Notes: generated from the letters alone by a model not told the origin. A stretch of DNA of 64,000 bases from Cellvibrionaceae bacterium (GCA_050633525.1 JBOEGR010000027.1:21872-85871); one strand, 5' to 3'. Positions 9,317 through 19,688 are shown, numbered from the stretch's first letter. Program-made: numbers and translations.

Positions 9317-10369
9317 CTAGCGAAATGAATCATTGATTGTTTCTAGTGTTTGAGAACCGGGACACAAAGTCGATTCATCCATTTGGTTGAGCGGCTTAGA
9401 CGATGTATTAAGAATATCGTGCAAGTCACAAGGGTCTGTATCAACATAAAGTAAACCGGTTAATATCTCACCTTTTTGTGTCGCCTCATGAACCGCCTGC
9501 TGTGCCGCAAAGCGATTGTGCACATCCATACCCTCTTGGGCTTTATTTAATCGAATCACCGAACCATCATGCAGGGTAATTTCTTCTGTGCTACCCGCTT
9601 CGTAATCGGTTGTAATTTCTTTTTCCATCGGTACAAAATCAACCGTGCCAGTAGCATCGCAATGTTCACGAACAAACTCATAGCTCTTTTTCGAGCCGGG
9701 GTTATTATTAAACGTAACACAAGGTGAAATCACATCGATAAATGCAAAGCCACGATGGGAAATAGCCGCTTTAATCAAGGGTTCCAATTGTTTTTTATCT
9801 CCTGAAAAACTACGCGCAACAAAGGTTGCCCCCAACTGCAAGGCCATACTCACCAAATCAATCGGCTCATATAAATTTTTCATCCCCGCTTTGTTTACTG
9901 ATTCGTAATCTGTTGTGGCTGACATTTGTCCTTTCGTTAAACCATAACAACCGTTATTTTCAACCATATACAGCATATTTAGATTACGCCTCACTGCATG
10001 AGCAAACTGGCCTAGACCAATAGAAGCTGAATCACCATCACCTGAAACACCAATATAGGTTAAATCGCGATTAGCAAGATTGGCACCCGTAGTCACTGAC
10101 GGCATGCGACCGTGTACCGAGTTAAAACCATGGGAATTACCTAGAAAGTATGTCGGTGTTTTAGAAGAACAACCGATACCCGATAATTTTGCCACTTTAT
10201 GTGGTTCTATTGATAGCTCAAAACAGGCATTGATAATAGCGGCGCTAATAGAGTCATGCCCACAACCCGCACATAAAGTTGAAATAGCGCCTTCATAGTC
10301 TTTGTGTGTAAAACCCAATTGATTTGTGGGTGTATCAGGGTGACGAAAATTTGGACGAATAAAACTCAT
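9317..10369 (-). CDS. korB: 2-oxoacid:ferredoxin oxidoreductase beta subunit (TPP-binding)
   Basis: CAGCGHD cysteine motif near the N-terminus; TPP motif GDGDSASIG...ENNGCYGLTKGQ. Confidence 0.9.
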   Translation of the reverse strand: MSFIRPNFRHPDTPTNQLGFTHKDYEGAISTLCAGCGHDSISAAIINACFELSIEPHKVAKLSGIGCSSKTPTYFLGNSHGFNSVHGRMPSVTTGANLANRDLTYIGVSGDGDSASIGLGQFAHAVRRNLNMLYMVENNGCYGLTKGQMSATTDYESVNKAGMKNLYEPIDLVSMALQLGATFVARSFSGDKKQLEPLIKAAISHRGFAFIDVISPCVTFNNNPGSKKSYEFVREHCDATGTVDFVPMEKEITTDYEAGSTEEITLHDGSVIRLNKAQEGMDVHNRFAAQQAVHEATQKGEILTGLLYVDTDPCDLHDILNTSSKPLNQMDESTLCPGSQTLETINDSFR

Positions 10370-10496
10370 ATGTTTTCTCTTATTCTTTATTACTATTTTT
10401 TATTAGCTAGAGGCATCGTTAAAGGCAGCGCATTTACTATTATTACCCTTAGTATTTCTCTTAACATCCTAGCAACCCTACATTTTTTAATGCCTC

Positions 10497-12323
10497 TTAG
10501 GCTTCTTTCGCTTGCAGCTTATCGCTCTCTCTGTGCGTTTCGATCGAGTCTATAATACTGGCCGCTGTAATGGGACTACCGTGATAATGTAAAACCGATA
10601 TAATTTTTTCTGGTGCTATACCAAACTCATTAACAAGTAAGGTCTTCATTTGCGCATCACGATTTTGCTCTATCAAAAACACTCTCTCATGTTTATCGAT
10701 AAACGTTGCAATAACATCAGCAAAAGGAAATGCCTTAATACACAAACCATCCATATGCTCACCTTGAGCGGCATAGGTATCTAAAGCTTCATTCATTGCG
10801 GCACGGCTTGAGCCATAACAAATCAGCGCATCACGAGAATTGGACTGGGTTTTTGCAAAGATATCCGGCTCAGGCAAATACTGAACCGTAGTTCGCCATT
10901 TTCGCTGTAGCCGCTCCATATTTTTTTGGTATTCTTTACCATCTTCAGTATAAACCGCATAAGGGTCACGCGAAGTACCACGAGTAAAGAAAGCGCCTTT
11001 TGTTGGGTGTGTTCCGGGATAAGTTCGATAACAAATGCCGTCACCATCGACGTCTAGGTAGCGACCAAATTTCTCGCTATTGGCTTCCAATTGTTCAGCA
11101 CTCACAACCTTACCGCGATCATAAGTTTGCTTGTCATCCCACGCCAAAGGCTCACACATCACATCGTTCATACCGATATCAAGATCAGTAACTAAAATAA
11201 CTGGCGTTTGAACACGCTCTGCCACATCAAACGCCTGCACTGTCATATCAAAACAGTCTTTAGGGTCGGATGGAAACAACAACACATGTTTTGTATCTCC
11301 ATGAGAGGCATAAGCACAAGCCATAACATCTGATTGCTGCGTCCGTGTTGGCATACCGGTAGAAGGGCCGGAACGCTGCACATCAACCAAAACCAATGGT
11401 AGCTCAGCAAAATAGGCTAAACCTAAAAACTCACCCATGAGTGAAATACCTGGGCCACTCGTTGCTGTGAATGCACGCGCACCATTCCACGATGCACCAA
11501 TAGCCATACCAATAGCAGAGAGTTCATCCTCGGCTTGTACTACCGCAAAATTTTTCTCCCCTGTACCGGGGTCAATACGCAAACGATTTGCGTATTTATC
11601 GAATGCTTCAACAACCGAGGTAGATGGCGTAATGGGGTACCATGCGGCAACCGTAGCGCCTGCATAAACAGCACCTAAACCCGCAGCAGTATTACCATTT
11701 ACTAATATTTTATCGCCAACACACTCTCGACGTTCTACTTTGACAGGCAAAGGGCACTCAAAATATTTACTCGCATATTGGTAGCCCAACTCTAGGGCGT
11801 GAATATTCGGCGCAATCAACTTTTCTTTTCCCTTGAATTGTTCAGCTACCATGTCTTTAAGCACAGAAAATTCAATATCAAGTAGTGCAGCTAAACTGCC
11901 CACATAAATAATATTTTTAAATAATTGACGTTGACGCGGATTTTCATATTCAGCATTACAAATTTTAGTAAAAGGAATGCCGATATAATGAATATCATCA
12001 CGAATAAGGCGTAAATCTAATGGTTTGCTGGAGTCATAAACAAAATAACCATTAGGGACTACCTCTAATACATCCTTTGGCATACTTTGTGGATTAACCG
12101 ATACCATTACGTCAATACCATCTCTTGCTGCCACATAGCCCTTTTCGCTAACACGAACCTCGTACCAAGTAGGCAAGCCTTGAATATTCGATGGAAAAAT
12201 ATTTTTAGGCGATATGGGAATACCCATCCGAAAAATAGCTTTTGCAAATAACTGATTAGCACTAGCCGAACCCGTCCCATTAACGTTAGCAAATTTGATA
12301 ACAAATTCGTTTAAACCTGACAT
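10497..12323 (-). CDS. korA: 2-oxoacid:acceptor oxidoreductase alpha subunit (fused gamma-alpha type)
   Basis: 608 aa. N-terminal gamma-like domain (NGTGSASANQL) and a pyruvate/2-oxoglutarate ferredoxin oxidoreductase core (YPITPST, TSGPGISLM). Confidence 0.9.
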   Translation of the reverse strand: MSGLNEFVIKFANVNGTGSASANQLFAKAIFRMGIPISPKNIFPSNIQGLPTWYEVRVSEKGYVAARDGIDVMVSVNPQSMPKDVLEVVPNGYFVYDSSKPLDLRLIRDDIHYIGIPFTKICNAEYENPRQRQLFKNIIYVGSLAALLDIEFSVLKDMVAEQFKGKEKLIAPNIHALELGYQYASKYFECPLPVKVERRECVGDKILVNGNTAAGLGAVYAGATVAAWYPITPSTSVVEAFDKYANRLRIDPGTGEKNFAVVQAEDELSAIGMAIGASWNGARAFTATSGPGISLMGEFLGLAYFAELPLVLVDVQRSGPSTGMPTRTQQSDVMACAYASHGDTKHVLLFPSDPKDCFDMTVQAFDVAERVQTPVILVTDLDIGMNDVMCEPLAWDDKQTYDRGKVVSAEQLEANSEKFGRYLDVDGDGICYRTYPGTHPTKGAFFTRGTSRDPYAVYTEDGKEYQKNMERLQRKWRTTVQYLPEPDIFAKTQSNSRDALICYGSSRAAMNEALDTYAAQGEHMDGLCIKAFPFADVIATFIDKHERVFLIEQNRDAQMKTLLVNEFGIAPEKIISVLHYHGSPITAASIIDSIETHRESDKLQAKEA

Positions 12324-12491
12324 AAAAAACCTATTATAATTATTTTAATTAAGAGCATAAGGTATCAGAGCAGATAAAGATTTTTTTCTCAGGCAAGGAA
12401 AAAAAGCACGCAAAGAAGGAGTTTACTTTTAGTAAATGACTGATTGAGTACTTTTTTAACGCGGCATGAGGAAAAAAGATTATCTGCGGTA

Positions 12492-14294
12492 TCATAACGA
12501 ACACACCTTGCCCGCTTTGGTGACCGTATACGTAAACTTCTGCATATCCCATGCGCCAGTAGGACAACGTTCTGCACACAGACCGCAATGCAAACAAACA
12601 TTCTCATCCTTTACCATGGCCCTGCCTGTATTCAAGGCATCAGAAACATAGAGCAACTGATCAAGGTTTTTAGCTGGTGCTGTTAAATTTTCTCTTAACT
12701 CTCCCTCTTCACGATCTTCGGTCATCGTTAAGCAATCAGTTGGGCAAATATCGACACAGGCATCACATTCGATACAACCCTCCGCTGTAAACACTGTTTG
12801 AGCATCACAATTTAAGCAACGCTCGGCTTCTTTTAATGCTAAATTCACGTCAAAACCTAACTCTACCTCTTGATGTAAATCGGATAGGGCTAGTTGCGTA
12901 TCGACCAAGGGCACTTGATGGCGCTCGTCATCTTCTACTTTGCTATCAAAACTCCACTCGTGAATGCCCATTTTTTGGCTGACTAAATTACTACCGGGCA
13001 AAGGTCTATCAGTAATAGTTTCACCTTGGCAAAACAGATCAATCGACACCGCTGCTTGATGACCTTGGGCCACAGCAGTAATGACATTCTCGGGGCCAAA
13101 GGCAGCATCGCCACCAATAAAAATATTTTCGCATGTGGTTTGATAAGTGGTTTTATCTACAACAGGCATATCCCATTGATCAAATTCGAGACCCAAATCA
13201 CGCTCTATCCATGGAAAACTGTTACTTTGCCCCACTGCGATTAAGACATCATCGCACTCAATAAGCACTTCTTCACCTGTGGGAATCAACGAACGTTTAC
13301 CTTGTTCGTTATATTCAGCTCTGACTTTTTCAAAGCACATACCCACAAGCTTGCCATCTTCAAGAACAAACTCTTTAGGCGAATGGTTTTCTAAGATCGG
13401 TATATCTTCATGCTGTGCATCTTCTATTTCCCAAGGCGATGCTTTCATTTCTGCAAAAGGGCTACGAACAACCACTTTTACCTCTGCTCCACCCAAACGC
13501 TTAGAAGTACGGCAACAATCCATTGCCGTATTGCCACCACCCAAGACAATTACTCGGCGACCAATAGATGTAATGTGACCAAATGCCACACTCGCTAACC
13601 ACTCGACCCCCACATGGATATGATCATCAGCTTCTTTTCGGCCGGGCAGGTTCAAGTCTCGCCCCTTGGGCGCACCGGTTCCAATAAAGATGGCATCGAA
13701 ACCCTCATCAACAACCGACTTTAGGCTATCCACTCTTTTGCCCAAGCGTGTGTTTACACCCATATCAAGTATGTAGCCTACTTCTTCATCCAATACTTCA
13801 TCGGGAAGGCGGAAACTCGGTATTTGACTACGCATCATACCCCCGCCTTTTAACTGTTCATCAAAAACGGTTACATCATAGCCTAAGGGCATTAAATCCC
13901 TCGCTACCGTCAGTGATGCAGGCCCCCCGCCTATCAACGCTATACGCTTACCATTCTTCTCTGTCGGAATAATTGGTAAACGATCAGTGATAGACTCTTT
14001 AAAATCCGCAGCGACCCGTTTTAGGCGGCAAATAGCTACCGGCTCTTCTTGCCCGCCTTCGGCATTTTCACCTAAGCGGCCTCTTCGGCAAGCAGGCTCA
14101 CAGGGGCGATCACAAGTACGGCCTAAGACACCAGGAAATACGTTCGACTCCCAATTCAGCATATAGGCATCGGTATAACGACCAGCTGCAATTAGGCGGA
14201 TATATTCTGGCACGGGTGTATGTGCAGGACAGGCGTGTTGGCAGTCAACCACCTGATGGTAGTGCTCTACTAGGTTCTCTTTGTTGTACTTCAC
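12492..14294 (-). CDS. GltD-like NAD(P)H-dependent FAD oxidoreductase fused to a 2x[4Fe-4S] ferredoxin domain
   Basis: Two Rossmann motifs (IALIGGGPASL, VIVLGGGNTAMDC) as in the glutamate synthase small subunit. C-terminal CIECDACVDICP and CLHCGLCAERCP clusters. First gene of the kor cluster. Confidence 0.85.
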   Translation of the reverse strand: MKYNKENLVEHYHQVVDCQHACPAHTPVPEYIRLIAAGRYTDAYMLNWESNVFPGVLGRTCDRPCEPACRRGRLGENAEGGQEEPVAICRLKRVAADFKESITDRLPIIPTEKNGKRIALIGGGPASLTVARDLMPLGYDVTVFDEQLKGGGMMRSQIPSFRLPDEVLDEEVGYILDMGVNTRLGKRVDSLKSVVDEGFDAIFIGTGAPKGRDLNLPGRKEADDHIHVGVEWLASVAFGHITSIGRRVIVLGGGNTAMDCCRTSKRLGGAEVKVVVRSPFAEMKASPWEIEDAQHEDIPILENHSPKEFVLEDGKLVGMCFEKVRAEYNEQGKRSLIPTGEEVLIECDDVLIAVGQSNSFPWIERDLGLEFDQWDMPVVDKTTYQTTCENIFIGGDAAFGPENVITAVAQGHQAAVSIDLFCQGETITDRPLPGSNLVSQKMGIHEWSFDSKVEDDERHQVPLVDTQLALSDLHQEVELGFDVNLALKEAERCLNCDAQTVFTAEGCIECDACVDICPTDCLTMTEDREEGELRENLTAPAKNLDQLLYVSDALNTGRAMVKDENVCLHCGLCAERCPTGAWDMQKFTYTVTKAGKVCSL

Positions 14295-14824
14295 GGTGCT
14301 TCCTATTGTTTACTATTATTATTGCTTATAGGTGGTATTAGCTATGCAATGTGGTCATTGCTTATTATTTTATTATTGTTATTGGCTGGCTCGTCTCAAT
14401 TGCCTGTTATTCTCATTTTCCCGCTATCTATATAGCTACTCAATAGCTACTCAGGGAAATGTACAACTTCATATGCTGATTTAGCTTATATGTCATATCT
14501 AGACGAAGGCTAATTAATTATGATTATTATCTCAACACAGTGCGAACTTTATCAGCTTAAACGGCATCTGCAAACCCCACGAGCAAAATATCCTTATACA
14601 GCGCAAGGGATAAGTTTAAGTATTTTTTTTCCGATAACGGCCGCTTTTAAGAAAGTAATTTCTCATTTGAAAATAAATTAATTTTTTTAAAAAAACAAAC
14701 CCTCTAAACGCTAGACAGCTTTAAAAAATGAAGGCTATACTCGGCCGCTCTTTAAAAAGAGCCAGATGTATTTTCTACTTCTTTTTATCTTTATAAAAAT
14801 AAAAATCAATAACCGGAGAATATT

Positions 14825-15382
14825 ATGCGTTTTATTTTTACTATCTTATTCAGCACCATTTTAATTAACAGTGCCTTCGCAGGCGACAAATCTACTGATG
14901 GAACTAAAGGCTGGAATACAGTTGGGGCTGACGTGTGGAGCACATCAGAAGGCGTTTTAAGCTCAGCCGCAACGGAAGGGAAAAGCTACCATGTTTCAGC
15001 AAACACTTACGACAACTTCAAAATCGAATTAGAATTTAAACCCGATGCTGCAGTTAACTCTGGCGTATTTATTAATTGTAAGAACAATACAGAAATCGGC
15101 TCTAAAAACTGTTTTGAAGCGAATATTTCTGACAACCATAAAAAACCAGAATTTCGCACAGGTTCAATTGTTCGACACGCCCCCCCAGGTGCGAAGGTAG
15201 ACTCTATTGGCAAATGGAACAAAATGGTAATGACCTCAGCTAATGGCAAGATTACCTTAGAAATTAATGGTGTAAAAACAGCCGAAGTCAGCTCAGAAGC
15301 ACACCCTTCGGGTTATATTGGACTGCAACGCTTTAAGGATGGCGTCATTCAATTTCGAAATATTAGCATTACGTCCTTATAA
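14825..15382 (+). CDS. Secreted DUF1080 (3-keto-disaccharide hydrolase-like) domain protein
   Basis: Signal peptide MRFIFTILFSTILINSAFA. C-terminal GYIGLQRFKDGVIQFRNISI is typical of DUF1080. Confidence 0.7.
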   Translation: MRFIFTILFSTILINSAFAGDKSTDGTKGWNTVGADVWSTSEGVLSSAATEGKSYHVSANTYDNFKIELEFKPDAAVNSGVFINCKNNTEIGSKNCFEANISDNHKKPEFRTGSIVRHAPPGAKVDSIGKWNKMVMTSANGKITLEINGVKTAEVSSEAHPSGYIGLQRFKDGVIQFRNISITSL

Positions 15383-15455
15383 TTGTTTTTTCACTAAGCT
15401 TCTATAGGCTATAGAGAACATTCTGACAAGGCTATAAATTCAAAAGCTACAACTG

Positions 15456-15485
15456 AAAAGCCCTAGTATTAGCTAGGGCTTTTTT
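15456..15485. terminator. Bidirectional Rho-independent terminator between convergent genes
   Basis: aaaAGCCCTAGtattagCTAGGGCTttttt: an 8-bp GC-rich stem flanked by an A-run and a T-run. Confidence 0.65.
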
Positions 15486-15517
15486 GATCGACTCAATACA
15501 TAAACGAAACAGAACGA

Positions 15518-16345
15518 TTACTCTGCCTTTTGTTTCAACAACGCTCTAATCTCTTTCAACTCCGCAGCATTTGCTTTCATTAGTGCCTGCAGATCAGCCT
15601 GCAACTCTTGCAGTGTTGGCTCACCTTCCCTTCTATCTTGCTCGCGGTGTTCTTCCTCTAGCACATTGACCACGATACCAATAATCATATTAAGAAAAGC
15701 AAAAGCGGTAAAGAAAATAAAAGTGAGATAAAAAGTCCAACTAAAAGGATAGACCTCCATTGTTTCATACATCACGTCCGTCCAATCCTCAAACGTCATC
15801 ACACGGAATAAGGTTAACAAACTACGTGCAATATCACCCCATAAAGCAGAGTTGATTTGAGAAAAGAATGTGGTGCCTACTGCAGCATAAATATAAAAAA
15901 TAATAAACATGAGCAAGGCAACGTAGCCTAAGCGCGGTAATGCTTTGAGTAAAGAATTAAGTAGCATGCGCAATTCAGGAATGATCGAAATCATCCTTAA
16001 CACTCTAAAAATACGAATTAAGCGGCCTACAATCGCAAGCTCGCTATCCTCAATAGGGATAAGACTGACGACCACAATTGTCGTATCAAATATATTCCAC
16101 GCGCTTTTAAAAAAATGTCGTTTGACGGGTTCGGCTAAAAAGCGAATCGTAATTTCGAATAGAAAAATAAAGGTAATGAGCCAATCAAGTATAAAAATCA
16201 ATTTAAGCACTGTATCGGGCAAAGAATAAGTCTTGACTCCAATAACAAGTGCTGAAAATATAATCACACCCACAACAAATAATTCAAAAATCTTATTTGA
16301 ACGAATTCGTTCAAATTTACTTTGCCACTTTTCTACATTTTTCAT
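15518..16345 (-). CDS. Bacterial voltage-gated cation channel (BacNaV/NaChBac family), single 6-TM domain
   Basis: S4 with Arg at every third position (GRLIRIFRVLRMISI); pore/selectivity filter LTLFRVMTFEDWTDV; C-terminal coiled coil LQELQADLQALMKANAAELKEIRALL. Confidence 0.85.
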   Translation of the reverse strand: MKNVEKWQSKFERIRSNKIFELFVVGVIIFSALVIGVKTYSLPDTVLKLIFILDWLITFIFLFEITIRFLAEPVKRHFFKSAWNIFDTTIVVVSLIPIEDSELAIVGRLIRIFRVLRMISIIPELRMLLNSLLKALPRLGYVALLMFIIFYIYAAVGTTFFSQINSALWGDIARSLLTLFRVMTFEDWTDVMYETMEVYPFSWTFYLTFIFFTAFAFLNMIIGIVVNVLEEEHREQDRREGEPTLQELQADLQALMKANAAELKEIRALLKQKAE

Positions 16346-16423
16346 ATATATCTATACTTTTCATACATCGAATATCATAAAAACGAGGTATTAATTTTCT
16401 ACATTAACTATTTTCCACACCAG

Positions 16424-17866
16424 CTATTTTCTTCGCCAAGTAGTACCTTGAGGGGAGTCTTCCAACAAAATGTCACCATCTGTTAGGATCTGGCGAATCT
16501 CATCTGCGCGTCCATAGTCCTTGTTCAGTTTTGCCTGTTTCCGCTCTAAAATATAATTCTCGATTTCCTCTACAGTTAACCCTGAAACAAATTCTATAGG
16601 AGATGCTTCGTTAACTTGTTCAACAACACCAATTGCTATGGACTGTGGACTCCATTGCAAGAATTCAATAGGGTTCGCTTGCAATATCCCAAGAATATTG
16701 GCCATACCTTTTAATTCTGCAACCAGCTCTTCAGCAGCTGAGCTATCTTTTTTGGCAACAGCATTCAGCTCTCTTAGCGTTTCATACATTACAGATAATG
16801 CCTGCGGAGTATTAAAGTCATCGTTCATTGCATTAATAAAGTGAATATTTTTAACTTTATCTACAGAGACTGCTTTAACGTCCACATAGTTTTTTAAGGT
16901 TTGATAAAAACGGTCTAAACCTGCCTTGGCTTCGATTAAGTTATCTTCAGAATAATTGATCGAGCTACGGTACTGGCTGCTGACTATTAAAAAGCGTACT
17001 ACTTCGGGATGATATTTTTTCAACACTTCTCTGATAGTAAAAAAATTACCTAAAGATTTAGACATTTTTTCACCGTCAACACGCACTGCACCCGCATGCA
17101 TCCAATAGTTAGCATAACTGCAGCCATTGGCAGCTTCGCTTTGAGCAATCTCATTCTCATGGTGAGGAAAGGGTAAGTCTGGCCCACCACCATGAATGTC
17201 AAAACTATTACCTAAACACGCTTTTGTCATGGCTGAGCATTCGATATGCCAACCCGGCCTGCCTTGTCCCCATGGAGATTCCCAACTAACCTCCCCTGCC
17301 TTTGCCGCCTTCCATAGAGCAAAATCACGAGGGTCTTCTTTAGCAGAATCCACTTCTACACGAGCGCCCGATAATAATTCATCCAACTTTTTACCTGAGA
17401 GCTTGCCGTAAGAATCGAAACGGCCTACGCGATAATAAACGTCACCGTTATCCGCTTTATATGCAAACTCTTTTTCGACAAGTGTAGAAATCATATCAAT
17501 AATACCATCAATATGTGCCGTCGCTCTTGGTTCTTGATCAGGGCGAGCGACATTGAGCTGTACTTCATCTTCATGCATAGCCTGAATAAAACGCTGCGTT
17601 AAATCGGTATATTTCTCACCATTTTCATCGGCGCGTTTTAGTATCTTGTCGTCAATATCAGTAATATTACGCACATATTCAACATCCCATCCTTGCGAAC
17701 GTAAAAAACGTGTAATCACATCGAACGAAACTAATACTCGCGCATGACCGATATGACAGTAGTCATACACTGTCATACCACAAACATAGAGACGAATTTT
17801 ACCTTCATCAATGGGTTTAAAATCAATTTTTTTACGTTCAAGTGTATTGTATATTGTTAAAGACAT
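16424..17866 (-). CDS. cysS: Cysteinyl-tRNA synthetase
   Basis: Class I HIGH motif (CHIGHARV), KMSKS motif, 480 aa. Confidence 0.97.
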   Translation of the reverse strand: MSLTIYNTLERKKIDFKPIDEGKIRLYVCGMTVYDYCHIGHARVLVSFDVITRFLRSQGWDVEYVRNITDIDDKILKRADENGEKYTDLTQRFIQAMHEDEVQLNVARPDQEPRATAHIDGIIDMISTLVEKEFAYKADNGDVYYRVGRFDSYGKLSGKKLDELLSGARVEVDSAKEDPRDFALWKAAKAGEVSWESPWGQGRPGWHIECSAMTKACLGNSFDIHGGGPDLPFPHHENEIAQSEAANGCSYANYWMHAGAVRVDGEKMSKSLGNFFTIREVLKKYHPEVVRFLIVSSQYRSSINYSEDNLIEAKAGLDRFYQTLKNYVDVKAVSVDKVKNIHFINAMNDDFNTPQALSVMYETLRELNAVAKKDSSAAEELVAELKGMANILGILQANPIEFLQWSPQSIAIGVVEQVNEASPIEFVSGLTVEEIENYILERKQAKLNKDYGRADEIRQILTDGDILLEDSPQGTTWRRK

Positions 17867-17972
17867 TCTATATTCTGTTCATAATAAAGATAAAAATAGG
17901 AGCGACTCACATTACATATTAAAACTATAACGAGAGTAGCAATAATAAAGCGGATAACTAAGAAAGTTTTAA

Positions 17973-19688
17973 TCAACCATTAAAGGTATCTCGTAAGGTA
18001 ATGGTACGATTAAATACTAATTTCTCTGAATCACTATCACGACAAAAGTAGCCTTCTCGTTCAAATTGATATGCTTTTTCAGGCTGTGCATCTAGCAAGC
18101 CTATTTCACCCAAGCAGTTTTTTAGAACACTCAAACTATCTGGATTGATCGATTCCAAAAAGTTTTTATCCCCGCTATCTGGCGCGGGGTCTGTAAATAG
18201 GCGATCGTACACGTTCACATCAAAAACAGCGTGTTCTTTAGCATCAACCCAATGAATAACTCCTTTTGCTTTAATACCATCTTCTGGATCATTACCCACT
18301 GTATTTTCAATCACACGTGCTTTTACTTCGGTAACATTACCATCACTGTCTTTAATACATTCATCGGCTTCAATAATATAGGAATTACGTAAGCGTACAC
18401 GCTTACCAATCACCAAGCGTTTATATTTCTTGTTTGCCGACTCTCTAAAATCAGCAGCATCAATATAGAGCTCTTGACTAAACGGCAAGCTTCTTTCACC
18501 TAAATCATCACGATTGGGGTGACCAGGCGCACTCATCGTTTCGGTTTTATCCGCGGGGTAATTTGTCAAGGTTACCTTGATTGGGTTCAACACACACATT
18601 GCCCTTGGAGAGTTTTTGTCGTGATCATCACGAATCGCATGTTCTAACATTCCGATATCAATAACGCCGTCCGATTTGGTTACTCCAATCATGTCGCAAA
18701 ATTGTCTCAATGACCTTGCGGTCACGCCGCGTCGACGTAAACCCGCAATCGTCGGCATCCTAGGGTCATCCCAACCATCAACATGCTTCTCATCCACAAG
18801 TTGCTTTAACTTGCGCTTAGACGTCACGGTATAATTTAAGTTAAGCCGCCCAAACTCATATTGTTTCGGCTCATTAGGCACAGGAAGATTTTCGATAAAC
18901 CAGTTATACAAAGGGCGGTGATCAGCAAACTCTAAAGTACAAATAGAATGAGTAATACCTTCAATCGCATCCTCCTGACCGTGGGCAAAATCATAACTAG
19001 GATAAATACACCACTCATCACCTGTTTGGTGATGGTGTTGTTTGCGGATACGGTAAAGTGCGGGATCACGCAAATTAATATTGCCATTGGCCATATCAAT
19101 CTTTGCCCGTAAAATACAATCGCCTTCGTTGTATTCACCAGCGCGCATTTTTTCAAACTCACTCAAGTTTTCTTCAACACTGCGATCTCGATAAGGGCTA
19201 TTTTTACCTGGTTCAGTCAACGTACCACGATATTTTCGGGTTTCTTCTGCTGACAAGTGGCAAACATAGGCTTTACCCTGTTCAATTAAATGAATCGCCC
19301 ATTGGTATAATTGCGTAAAGTAGCTAGAGGCGTAACGAACCTCACCTGCCCAGTGGTAGCCCATCCACTCGACATCACGAATAATGGCATCAATGTATTC
19401 TTGATCTTCTTTAGCCGGATTGGTGTCATCAAAACGAAGATGACAATCACCACCCACCTTTTCAGCCAAACCAAAGTTTAAGCAAATCGATTTGGCATGT
19501 CCTATATGCAGATAGCCATTTGGCTCTGGCGGAAAGCGCGTAACAATTTTGGTATAGAGCCCCGCCTGCAGGTCGTCACTGACTTGCTGTTCTAAGAAGT
19601 GCGGTGGGCGTTCGTTTGAAGGTGATGTATCTGCTGCTTTGTGATTGCTGTCAGTCGTATTGTTGCTAATGGGAGTATCCGCCGTCAT
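17973..19688 (-). CDS. glnS: Glutaminyl-tRNA synthetase
   Basis: RFPPEPNGYLHIGHAKS HIGH region, VTSKRKL (MSK-type) motif, 571 aa. Confidence 0.97.
   Translation of the reverse strand: MTADTPISNNTTDSNHKAADTSPSNERPPHFLEQQVSDDLQAGLYTKIVTRFPPEPNGYLHIGHAKSICLNFGLAEKVGGDCHLRFDDTNPAKEDQEYIDAIIRDVEWMGYHWAGEVRYASSYFTQLYQWAIHLIEQGKAYVCHLSAEETRKYRGTLTEPGKNSPYRDRSVEENLSEFEKMRAGEYNEGDCILRAKIDMANGNINLRDPALYRIRKQHHHQTGDEWCIYPSYDFAHGQEDAIEGITHSICTLEFADHRPLYNWFIENLPVPNEPKQYEFGRLNLNYTVTSKRKLKQLVDEKHVDGWDDPRMPTIAGLRRRGVTARSLRQFCDMIGVTKSDGVIDIGMLEHAIRDDHDKNSPRAMCVLNPIKVTLTNYPADKTETMSAPGHPNRDDLGERSLPFSQELYIDAADFRESANKKYKRLVIGKRVRLRNSYIIEADECIKDSDGNVTEVKARVIENTVGNDPEDGIKAKGVIHWVDAKEHAVFDVNVYDRLFTDPAPDSGDKNFLESINPDSLSVLKNCLGEIGLLDAQPEKAYQFEREGYFCRDSDSEKLVFNRTITLRDTFNG

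Noticed and set aside
12349-12651. ORFs of 61-82 aa in and around the spacer between the flavoprotein gene and korA.
   Set aside because: They overlap the 3' end of the flavoprotein gene or an AT-rich spacer, have no RBS and give low-complexity products. They are likely non-coding.
14384-14400. Sigma-54-like TGGC...TTGC element (tggctcgtctcaattgcc) in the kor / DUF1080 intergenic region.
   Set aside because: The GG-to-GC spacing is two nucleotides too long relative to the TGGCAC-N5-TTGC consensus, and there is no nearby enhancer-binding protein gene.
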